IMG/VR virus record: IMGVR_UViG_3300039306_000022
Coordinates: 1 to 44,883 of that record
Strand: one strand, 5' to 3'
Origin: a virus
Taxonomy: Duplodnaviria; Caudoviricetes
DNA: 44,883 nucleotides
The notes under the pieces: model-generated
Database searches by the model: none
The model's input: only the letters and a program-made list of their open reading frames with translations
What the model was told of the DNA's origin: nothing
Shown: in pieces, positions 37,748 to 44,883 of the stretch
Layout: each line of letters opens with the position of its first letter
Numbering within the stretch: position 1 is the stretch's first letter
Program-made: the position numbers and the translations under genes

Positions 37748-38092
37748 TCAATTGAGCGATATGGCTTTCAATAGATTAGACAAAGCCTTTCTTCTTTCAA
37801 TGTCCTTTCTAAAATTAGCCATCTCCAATTCTGCTTTTTCTTTAGCTTTCTTTCGTGCAGCAATCCTTTTCTTTTCCTGAGCTGAAGTAGATTTACTATC
37901 AATGAAAGCATATAATTCATAAGCCTGCGCACTTAATAACTTGCTGCAATAGGTTTGCTTAATGTTGATCCAAAAGGAAAGCTGACAGTGTTTATATGTA
38001 GTTTTTGCCAGTTGCTCCAGAAACCATATTATCTCTTCGCAATTCTCAATAGGATCCCGAAATCCTAGTTGGAAGAAGTAAAACTTTGTCAT
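37748..38092 (-). CDS. Hypothetical protein
   Basis: ATG at 38092; AT-rich. Confidence 0.55.
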   Translation of the reverse strand: MTKFYFFQLGFRDPIENCEEIIWFLEQLAKTTYKHCQLSFWINIKQTYCSKLLSAQAYELYAFIDSKSTSAQEKKRIAARKKAKEKAELEMANFRKDIERRKALSNLLKAISLN

Positions 38093-38102
38093 GCCTAAGC
38101 TT

Positions 38103-38531
38103 CTAATTCGACTGATAAGGGAAAATCTCCAGGATGCTAGTTGTGGTAATGTCGGTAATATCAAAAGGTACCAGCATCGTTTTCAGGCTCTCCTCGATCC
38201 GCTCGAAGGCCTGCTTGACATGGGCAGCCTGCACCAACATCGTATTGTTGACCTTCTTTTCCTTTCCGCTCCGCTCATCCATTGTGGTATACACTACCTT
38301 GCATCTGTACCAGGTCTCAGCGTCTTCGTAGTGGAACAAATCAGCCAGCCGCATCCGGGAGACGTTCACCAGGTCAAACTCCCGGATCGTTCCCTCCAGC
38401 TCCTCCTTGATCCGGGCCTCGGCTTCAGTGAACGACATGGCATCGACCAGGTAAGCCTCGTTGAGCGTTTTCAGCGAGCCGTTTTCCTGCTCTTTCTGAT
38501 AGCGGATTTTGCATTGAAACCAGGTGGGCAT
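38103..38531 (-). CDS. DUF4494 family protein
   Basis: WFQCKIRY…E.YLVDAMSFTEAEARI…WY.CKV. Confidence 0.85.
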   Translation of the reverse strand: MPTWFQCKIRYQKEQENGSLKTLNEAYLVDAMSFTEAEARIKEELEGTIREFDLVNVSRMRLADLFHYEDAETWYRCKVVYTTMDERSGKEKKVNNTMLVQAAHVKQAFERIEESLKTMLVPFDITDITTTSILEIFPYQSN

Positions 38532-38560
38532 AGGGTTTAAGGTTAAAAAGTTGTCAAACG

Positions 38561-38812
38561 TTATTTATCCTCGTAAAAATTGGGTCGAGGGTTATCCGGA
38601 GCCTTAGAAGGGGGCCGCACACTAATAACCGGTGGCTGGGCCTTGCGGTATTCCTCTTCCTGTCGCAGGAATTCGTCCGCCGTTTCAAAGGCTATTTTTA
38701 CTGCCTTCTGCATATCCTTTGCACTGGTGAACGGGTGCAAAGGCCCAAATTGCCTCAGCATTTCCGGCAGTACTGCTAGGGCGATATAGCTACGTAGGGA
38801 CTGTTCTGGCAT
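38561..38812 (-). CDS. Hypothetical phage protein
   Basis: SLRSYIA…AFETADEFL pattern. Confidence 0.65.
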   Translation of the reverse strand: MPEQSLRSYIALAVLPEMLRQFGPLHPFTSAKDMQKAVKIAFETADEFLRQEEEYRKAQPPVISVRPPSKAPDNPRPNFYEDK

Positions 38813-38813
38813 A

Positions 38814-39125
38814 TTAGCTGGTTAATGGATAAACACTATCAAGTTTTGCTTGCCAATCATCATAATCTTTGATTGACAATCCTGGCTTCTTATTGAATTT
38901 CCGCCACTCCAATTCGATCCACCATAGCCTGATCCAAATATATTTCTGCCTGTACAATGGAGAAATTTCAGTCCCGTATTCATATTGAAATGGAGGCTCT
39001 CTGCGATTTCGAAGTATGGACAAGGTCAAACACCAGGAACCTATCCATATCCAAAGCAGCCGGGCTAAGTTTGCCTTATAAACTGCCAGACTCAGTGGGC
39101 CAATATTGATTCGCTCCATATACAA
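38814..39125 (-). CDS. Hypothetical Trp-rich protein
   Basis: Operonic ORF. Confidence 0.55.
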   Translation of the reverse strand: MYMERINIGPLSLAVYKANLARLLWIWIGSWCLTLSILRNRREPPFQYEYGTEISPLYRQKYIWIRLWWIELEWRKFNKKPGLSIKDYDDWQAKLDSVYPLTS

Positions 39126-39129
39126 AAAG

Positions 39130-39477
39130 TTAAGTGACAGACAGGGAATCAGGGAAGGTATAACTAACCGTCATTTCCTTAGGCTCTTTACTTTGACCGT
39201 AGAGCTGTTTGGCTACTTCTTTGAAAGCCTTACTGCATAAGTCAAAAGCAGCCTTACCCCGAAAAACACCCGCATAGGTATACCGTTGTGCATTGGGTCG
39301 GTCAATGCACTTTATATCAAAGCTCAGCACATCATTATCCGGAAATTGCTCTTTGCTGAGCTCGCATTGCACCGGAAAAACCTTGAACAACTCACCCGGG
39401 ATCTGGCTTAGCATCAACTGGGCGAACTCACCGTCAGCAATCAGAAAAAAACGATAAATCTTTCTAGGTGTGCTCAT
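39130..39477 (-). CDS. Hypothetical protein
   Basis: ATGA overlap. Confidence 0.65.
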   Translation of the reverse strand: MSTPRKIYRFFLIADGEFAQLMLSQIPGELFKVFPVQCELSKEQFPDNDVLSFDIKCIDRPNAQRYTYAGVFRGKAAFDLCSKAFKEVAKQLYGQSKEPKEMTVSYTFPDSLSVT

Positions 39478-39695
39478 ACTGGCGCTCCTTCCTCACTTCG
39501 CAGCAATCCAAAAGACTTCCGGGCTTTTTGCACGGAGAGAATCAAAGCCTCAAAGTCTTCATCGCTGCGAAGATTGCGCGCCTCAATGTGGCACACAAAA
39601 GTTTTACGTGGTCCCGAAAGGCTTTCAAAGGTGACAGTAAGCCGGTGATCAGGCACGTCTTCAATGCCCCGGCCGTATGTAGTTAACTCTTCCAT
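39474..39695 (-). CDS. Hypothetical protein
   Basis: Operonic ORF. Confidence 0.6.
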   Translation of the reverse strand: MEELTTYGRGIEDVPDHRLTVTFESLSGPRKTFVCHIEARNLRSDEDFEALILSVQKARKSFGLLRSEEGAPV

Positions 39696-39733
39696 AGAAG
39701 TCTATTGAGTGTTTAAATGCAATAATGGATGCC

Positions 39734-39994
39734 TTACGCACTGGTTCTCAAGTACCGTTCTACCGACTCCACTGGTATGGTGATCCGCCCTCGCTTCCTG
39801 GCTTGTTTCCCCTCGAGCGTGCCATCATTGATGTAATTGAGCACAGTGGAGTAAGAGAGGCCCGTTAGCTCCGCTACTTCTTCCGGAGAGTATCCATCTT
39901 TCCGATTGAGAAGCTTCTTCATAGCCTGTACTTCTGCCGTCAGTGACTGCACCGCTCGGATCAGTTCTTTGATTTCGGGTAGCTGAATTTCCAT
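39734..39994 (-). CDS. Excisionase-like HTH_17 DNA-binding protein
   Basis: YSPEEVAELTGLSYSTVLNYINDGTL…ITIP.ESVERY. Confidence 0.85.
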   Translation of the reverse strand: MEIQLPEIKELIRAVQSLTAEVQAMKKLLNRKDGYSPEEVAELTGLSYSTVLNYINDGTLEGKQARKRGRITIPVESVERYLRTSA

Positions 39995-39999
39995 GGGTG

Positions 40000-40242
40000 T
40001 TAAGATGCGATGGAGTGGTCTTCTTCATTCAATTTTTCCTCTGGCATGCCGTGATCCCGCGCCCATTGCACACAAAACAATATCTCTTCTTCAGAAATGA
40101 TTGCTCTGGAGTTTGGACTCATCTTGTTGCCAAACGTTGCCGGATGAAAACCAAAACGCTCGGAAAAATCAGTCCTTAGCTGTATCTGAGAATTGCGGCT
40201 GAAGAATTGGTAGATCTTTCGGATTCGGTTACGATTGTCCAT
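40000..40242 (-). CDS. Cro-like regulator (putative)
   Basis: First gene divergent from the CI-like repressor; FSERFGFHPATFGNK HTH-like segment. Confidence 0.55.
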   Translation of the reverse strand: MDNRNRIRKIYQFFSRNSQIQLRTDFSERFGFHPATFGNKMSPNSRAIISEEEILFCVQWARDHGMPEEKLNEEDHSIAS

Positions 40243-40314
40243 TGGTATTCATTAAGACTTGGATTGTATTAGGCTTTATTTTAATTTGTTGTTCAAGTTT
40301 AAAGGATATTTAAG

Positions 40315-40360
40315 TAAACTCAAAAAAATTACGTACGAAAATTGAGTTATAAACTCAATT
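40315..40360. promoter_or_regulatory. Candidate switch operator
   Basis: AATTGAGTT-ATA-AACTCAATT (40340-40360) plus a TAAACTCAA half-site at 40315-40323. Confidence 0.6.
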
Positions 40361-40383
40361 ATTTTATAACTGCTTGAAAAACA

Positions 40384-40743
40384 ATGCTAAATATTGAAGC
40401 CCGGACTAAAGAGTTACTAGTGAGGAAAAATATGACCATTCAAAAATTAGCGGTTTTATCAGAGATTTCAGAGCCAACGGTCCATTCTATTTTCAAAAAA
40501 AATGATGCAAAGCTCTCTCAATTAGAAGCCATTTGCCAAGTCTTAGAGGTACCTATCACATACTTATTAGGTATAGATAGTAATTACGTGGCTACCGAAC
40601 CTATATCGCCTCCTCAGGGACTAAATAAGAAAGATGTTGATTTGCAATTATGCCAGGAAAAAGTAAAGGGGTTGGAGATGTTGATTAAGGCGAAGGACGA
40701 AACGATTGCGTTATTAAAAGGGCGCTTTGACTCACAAGCTTGA
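40384..40743 (+). CDS. CI-like XRE repressor with coiled-coil C-terminus
   Basis: TIQKLAVLSEISEPTV HTH, LEAICQVLEVPITYL; no S24 peptidase domain. Confidence 0.85.
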   Translation: MLNIEARTKELLVRKNMTIQKLAVLSEISEPTVHSIFKKNDAKLSQLEAICQVLEVPITYLLGIDSNYVATEPISPPQGLNKKDVDLQLCQEKVKGLEMLIKAKDETIALLKGRFDSQA

Positions 40744-40764
40744 CAGAATCCTCTTTAATTAAAC

Positions 40765-40799
40765 AAAAAGCCCATCAGTCTGTAGCTGATGGGCTTTTT
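40765..40799. terminator. Bidirectional intrinsic terminator
   Basis: AAAAAGCCCATCAG/CTGATGGGCTTTTT between convergent genes. Confidence 0.9.
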
Positions 40800-40824
40800 A
40801 ATAGCTAAAGTCATGGACCCGCCT

Positions 40825-42330
40825 TTAATTGGAAGTAACTCTCTTTTCCCGCTCGGGCAACCATTGCAGACATAACTCCCAGACGTGTTCGTAAGGAATA
40901 ATCTCAATCTCAGCGTAGGCATCCCCCTCGGTAGGCAAGGAAGCCAGCTTGCCAGCCAGGTACTGACAGCGACGGCGCATCTGCACGGGATCAAGGTTAT
41001 AGTTGCTAGTAAGGGCACGAAAAAGCTTGAACAGGGTACGGGTTCGATCACTGAAGGAGGAACTCAAATGTTTCACCATGTACTCATTGAGGGCATTGAC
41101 CCGGTACAGCAAAGAGTCCAGATCCTGTTTTTTCATGAAGTAGAGGAATTGCAATACCAGGATTGCTACGTTGAAACCAGCTTTGTCCTTCCGATAGTGA
41201 GGTAGTTGGGAAATTAACCCATTAAAGTCAAACTTACGATCTGCCTGCTGTGGGGGAAGTAGAAAGTGCAGGTAGGCCCGGTAAAGCATCCAGCGTTCCT
41301 TTTCCAAAGGTACTAACTGACTTTGCTTAGGGTTTAGCAGCACATTAATCAGTAGTTGCTGGGCTAGTTCGTAGTTTTTCTGATGCAATGCCAGCAGCAC
41401 GTAATTTTCCATAAACGGAAACCAGTTCCAGTCAGATTCATTGAAGGATTCTATGTACGTTTCGGCATACTGTAGTCCGGCCTCGTACTGTTTGGTACGC
41501 AGGCAAGCATAGACTTTGATGAATCGGTTGTAACGATGATCAAAACACTGCTCGTAAATAATTCCTTCCCGGCGCAACCCTTCCGCCTCATCAGTTAACT
41601 GAATGATTTCTTCAAAGTTATTAACCAGTTCCAGATGCCAAATGCGAAGTATATAGTAGTGCTCAAATACATTGAAGGACTGCGTGAGCTGCCATAGCTC
41701 TCGCAATCTTTCAACTGCAGAAGCTACTTCAGGTAGTAACGATTGCCGATGCTTAACTGATTGGTTGAGCCGTAACTTCATGCCCAGGTATAGATTGTTG
41801 GCTTCACGCTCGTACTGGAGCAATTGCCAGTAGCGCTGAAGTTTTTCCAGGTTTTTTTGATAGAGTAGCGGCTTGTGTAGCTGAACGTAGATGTGCTGCA
41901 ACTCCTCCAGTGCTGACAGTACGAATGAATTAAAGCCCGCCTTGGTAGCTAAATCAACTAGTTTAGAAGCTAGTTTCTCGGCATACTCCATGCAGCCTTT
42001 CTTGCTTAGCACTTTAATTATGTGGAATAATCGTAAGCACTCCAGTTCGGGCGCACTGGCCGGGTGGTTCCCAAGCTTTGTGAAATCAACAAAAAACAAG
42101 TTATTCAACAGCTTCCTCTTCAATCGCTTTTTCAACGTCAGATATCGAAAGTCAGAAGCACTAGTGCCGTAGATTGCCACCGCCGCCTGTTCATCATTTT
42201 CGAAGGTGCCTTCAATAATGCCTTTCAGATAGGTCAGCTCCTTGCCCGGTTTGGATTTAAGCGAAATCAGCGGTAGCGGTTGCTGCATCTCATCAGTCAT
42301 GATTTGAGCTAATACCTTTAATTCTTTCAT
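40825..42330 (-). CDS. 501-aa all-alpha protein (HTH-like N-terminus plus TPR-like repeats); putative peptide-responsive regulator
   Basis: DEQAAVAIYG…RYLTLKKRLKRKL basic helix; repeated helical pairs (YEAGLQYAE, LALHQKNYELAQQLL); no TM or signal peptide. Confidence 0.65.
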   Translation of the reverse strand: MKELKVLAQIMTDEMQQPLPLISLKSKPGKELTYLKGIIEGTFENDEQAAVAIYGTSASDFRYLTLKKRLKRKLLNNLFFVDFTKLGNHPASAPELECLRLFHIIKVLSKKGCMEYAEKLASKLVDLATKAGFNSFVLSALEELQHIYVQLHKPLLYQKNLEKLQRYWQLLQYEREANNLYLGMKLRLNQSVKHRQSLLPEVASAVERLRELWQLTQSFNVFEHYYILRIWHLELVNNFEEIIQLTDEAEGLRREGIIYEQCFDHRYNRFIKVYACLRTKQYEAGLQYAETYIESFNESDWNWFPFMENYVLLALHQKNYELAQQLLINVLLNPKQSQLVPLEKERWMLYRAYLHFLLPPQQADRKFDFNGLISQLPHYRKDKAGFNVAILVLQFLYFMKKQDLDSLLYRVNALNEYMVKHLSSSFSDRTRTLFKLFRALTSNYNLDPVQMRRRCQYLAGKLASLPTEGDAYAEIEIIPYEHVWELCLQWLPEREKRVTSN

Positions 42331-42378
42331 ATAGGTTTTATTCGTTTACTTTTCATTAACAAAACAATCAAGAAATCT

Positions 42379-42460
42379 TGACCTTCTAAGAGTCCTTATT
42401 TAAAGGTCATGCAAAGGCCTGAACATCATTTATTTTTCTGCTGACGAACGGGTAGCTTGG
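42379..42460 (+). promoter_or_regulatory. Inverted repeat TGACCTT-N17-AAGGTCA and TAGCTTGG -7-like element upstream of the peptide gene
   Basis: Arms at 42379-42385 and 42403-42409; -7-like element at 42453-42460. Confidence 0.5.
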
Positions 42461-42485
42461 TCATTCTAAACTAACTCATATCGTT

Positions 42486-42617
42486 ATGACAACTTTATTT
42501 TTAACCCTACTCCTTCATTTCGGACTGTCAACAAAAGACACGGACCAAAACTCAGCGCCAGCCGCCACTACCTTACAAATGAATGGCGGGTCAGGCACTT
42601 GGCATGAGAAATTGTAA
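42486..42617 (+). CDS. 43-aa putative secreted pre-peptide (not in the ORF track)
   Basis: MTTLFLTLLLHFGLSTKDTDQNSAPAATTLQMNGGSGTWHEKL; has its own promoter-like element and a downstream hairpin. Confidence 0.7.
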   Translation: MTTLFLTLLLHFGLSTKDTDQNSAPAATTLQMNGGSGTWHEKL

Positions 42618-42645
42618 TCAAACTACAGTTTATCAGCCATAGAGA

Positions 42646-42675
42646 AAGACCCACAAGCTTCAGCTTGTGGGTCTT
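42646..42675 (+). terminator. Strong hairpin/terminator after the peptide gene
   Basis: AAGACCCACAAGCT-TC-AGCTTGTGGGTCTT; weak U-tract. Confidence 0.7.
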
Positions 42676-43045
42676 CTCCGTAAACAAGATGATGTGGATT
42701 TTTCCTACAAAAAAGGAAATTATCTTGCTTATAATAACACGCAATAAAACGTAATCTTACATAACAAATATTAATCTATTGCAATGTGAAAGCATTTTCA
42801 GGTCGGAAACTGCTTAAAAATAGGGTGGCAAGGCCCTGAAATATCACATTTGATCTTTTATCCAGCTGGCAACTTTCTATTTATTATATAAACATATTCC
42901 TATATTGCTAATAAAAATACAATAACCTTCACTATTTATGGCTCAAGAATATTCTGAATGTCCTACCTAATGATTGCCTTTTGTATTATTTTAAAACCTA
43001 TTCTGAGTCAACTACTTGAAGTACCAGGACAAATAAATAACTCAG

Positions 43046-43273
43046 ATGAAAAAAGTATTACTAGTAATCAGTGCACTTATCTTATTTTCTTGTGGTAGTG
43101 GCGATGAACCCGCACCGAACACACAATATGGCAGAGCACCAGTACAAAACAACGATTGGCGTTGTGGAACCTATAATGGCAAAGCCCTCTACACTGGCCC
43201 TGAAGGCGGTTGTTATTACATCAATAGCAGCGGCAACAAACAATACGTTGATCGCAGTAACTGCAACTGTTAA
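43046..43273 (+). CDS. Small Cys-rich lipoprotein
   Basis: Lipobox LFS-C; TGPEGGCYYINSSGNKQYV motif; four C-terminal Cys. Confidence 0.8.
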   Translation: MKKVLLVISALILFSCGSGDEPAPNTQYGRAPVQNNDWRCGTYNGKALYTGPEGGCYYINSSGNKQYVDRSNCNC

Positions 43274-43288
43274 TTAATATTCTTGTTT

Positions 43289-43465
43289 ATGGCTCGGATC
43301 AAGCAGCCTAAAACGGGCTGGCAAATCTTTAAGCAGCAGGTCCGGATCGGCTGGACAGCCTTTACCTTCCTGCTGGCCCCACCAGGCAGCCAGCAGGAAG
43401 GTGATTGGGCATTGGGGAAGGAGCAGAAAAAGAAAGGTACTAGCGAAAAGAGGATAAGATTGTAA
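43289..43465 (+). CDS. Hypothetical protein
   Basis: Short ORF. Confidence 0.4.
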   Translation: MARIKQPKTGWQIFKQQVRIGWTAFTFLLAPPGSQQEGDWALGKEQKKKGTSEKRIRL

Positions 43466-43534
43466 TAATGGTTCGTGGCATACTTTTGGAATAAGGAAAA
43501 ACCACTACATTTATAGTGCTATTTTTCCTCGTAT

Positions 43535-43771
43535 ATGTCCCAGACCCTCATTACACTTCCTGAACTGGCCATTGCCATCAGCCAGCTACCCAATTGCCAT
43601 CACGAGCTAAAAAGTCAAATCGAAATCCCTATTGCAGAGAGAAGACGGGCAAACGTCAGTGCCTACGAGAGGCCTCCCATAATCATTTTCAACCGGGTTG
43701 CCGTACAGGAGCCTTTTAATTCCATCGAGTATCGGTGGGCCCTAAGTGGCGAGTACAACATTTTAATTTAA
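43535..43771 (+). CDS. Hypothetical protein
   Basis: 78 aa, preceded by a TACATTTA -7-like element; converges on the integrase. Confidence 0.6.
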   Translation: MSQTLITLPELAIAISQLPNCHHELKSQIEIPIAERRRANVSAYERPPIIIFNRVAVQEPFNSIEYRWALSGEYNILI

Positions 43772-44883
43772 ATACTCTCCCACTTTTCCATTTCTTCCTC
43801 CACCAGGTCGTCTACTATCTTTCCGTAAATGTCCATCACCTTGTCACTTCGGATGCCCATGATTCGCTTGATCACCTGCTTATTCATTTTCAGACTCAAT
43901 GAAACAGTAGCAAATGTGTGCCGAGAGTAATGAAACGTAGCCTTTCGTTTGATGCCGGCCAGCTGAAAGACTTCTTCCAGCAGCCGATTCGTCCACTTAT
44001 TGCCATAAGTCACGAATACCAGGCGGTCATCGGTCGTGCGGTGAGGCAGAAGCGCCATTGCCTTTGTTGACAAAGGAACATACACCTTCTCCCCTGTCTT
44101 GCTGGTGCGGATATGCAATCTAACTTTGCCATTTTCACCCACCTCAATTCGCTTCCACTTTAACCTTCTGATATCAGAAAACCGCAATCCACCCGCAAAG
44201 CAGGGGAACAGAAAGCAGCGAAGTACATCCAGCCGATTTTCATTCAACTCTTCTATGCGGGCTGCGTTTTCAAAGAGTTTATACAAAGCGCTCAGCTCTG
44301 CCTTGGTAAGAGGATTGCGGTCCCCGTTCCTGAAATTCACGTTCCAGTCAATCTCCTTTTTCTTACAAAAACCGCCCTTCACTGCCCGGTTAAAGTAAGT
44401 CCTGACGAATTTAATATTAGTAGCTACCGTGTTGTCTGAGTTGCCTAACGTGTTACGCAGGTAATGTTCAAACTGAGTCAACCAGGCAAAGTCAATGGCA
44501 CTGATTTTGATTTTGGCCTGGTAGTGTTCAATCTTTCCTAAAATATAATTGTGGTCCTCCAATGTCCTGGGCGAAAGCTCTCCCTTCCGAAGGGCAATCT
44601 CATTCCGACAAAATTCTATAAAATCAAGCCTGCCATCCGATTGATAAAGCTTTTTGATCTTCTCAAAACTTATTTCCTTATCATCATTCTCCAGATCCAG
44701 AATAATTCGGTCAATTTTGTTGCGTTCCTGGTGAATATAATGATTCAATTTTTGAGCATTGCCAGCCCCTTTCCTAACAGGATTGTTGCTCTCTGCATCC
44801 CAAAAATCAGGGTGAACAAATTTTCCTAAATGGATTAAATTAGATTTACGATCAATTGTAATACGCAAATAAATAGGAGCCAT
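43768..44883 (-). CDS. int: Tyrosine integrase (arm-binding, SAM-like and catalytic domains); N-terminus may extend beyond the window
   Basis: PIYLRIT arm domain, GLRFSD, SKT, HYSRHTFA and IYGK motifs. Confidence 0.93.
   Translation of the reverse strand: MAPIYLRITIDRKSNLIHLGKFVHPDFWDAESNNPVRKGAGNAQKLNHYIHQERNKIDRIILDLENDDKEISFEKIKKLYQSDGRLDFIEFCRNEIALRKGELSPRTLEDHNYILGKIEHYQAKIKISAIDFAWLTQFEHYLRNTLGNSDNTVATNIKFVRTYFNRAVKGGFCKKKEIDWNVNFRNGDRNPLTKAELSALYKLFENAARIEELNENRLDVLRCFLFPCFAGGLRFSDIRRLKWKRIEVGENGKVRLHIRTSKTGEKVYVPLSTKAMALLPHRTTDDRLVFVTYGNKWTNRLLEEVFQLAGIKRKATFHYSRHTFATVSLSLKMNKQVIKRIMGIRSDKVMDIYGKIVDDLVEEEMEKWESI

Larger units (their letters stand above)
1..44883. mobile_element. Temperate siphovirus-like prophage of a Bacteroidota host
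   Basis: Integrase, CI/Cro, Xis, terminase, portal, capsid, tape measure and lysis genes; no tail sheath recognised. Confidence 0.92.

Noticed and set aside
37802-37809. Sixth GTCCTTTC copy
   Set aside because: Lies inside a minus-strand gene and has no -7-like element 19 nt downstream
1-44883. CRISPR array or genome-wide stop-codon recoding
   Set aside because: No repeat-spacer array; genes are intact in code 11 and only one isolated premature stop was seen

Overview
This looks like a near-complete temperate, long-tailed prophage of a Bacteroidota host, probably Cytophagales, judging by TAnnTTTG-type promoters, a DUF4494-like gene and a Bacteroidota-style integrase. A serine resolvase sits at the left edge and a tyrosine integrase at the right edge; att sites are not visible. 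The + strand late region (about 1.7-28.8 kb) runs: tail-tube paralog, fibre, LamG and permuted NlpC/P60 genes; S49 protease-scaffold; capsid; tail tube; terminase; portal; GH108 lysis cassette; tape measure and tail tip. Morons lie at about 28.8-30 kb. The - strand early region (about 30-40.2 kb) has an HNH nuclease, a methyltransferase, a replication initiator, an initiator-type tRNA-Met, Xis and Cro. A CI-like repressor follows, then lysogeny-side accessory genes. The main candidate novel system lies beside the CI/Cro switch: a 501-aa all-helical (HTH plus TPR-like) protein divergent from an unannotated 43-aa peptide with a hydrophobic leader (…NGGSGTWHEKL), with an inverted-repeat operator between them. 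This resembles an RRNPP/arbitrium-like peptide signalling pair. Other highlights are a fixed-spacing late promoter GTCCTTTC-N19-TAnnTTYR (5 copies) and a stand-alone HisKA-like protein inside the lysis cassette. All product calls are motif recognition by eye; no searches were run.
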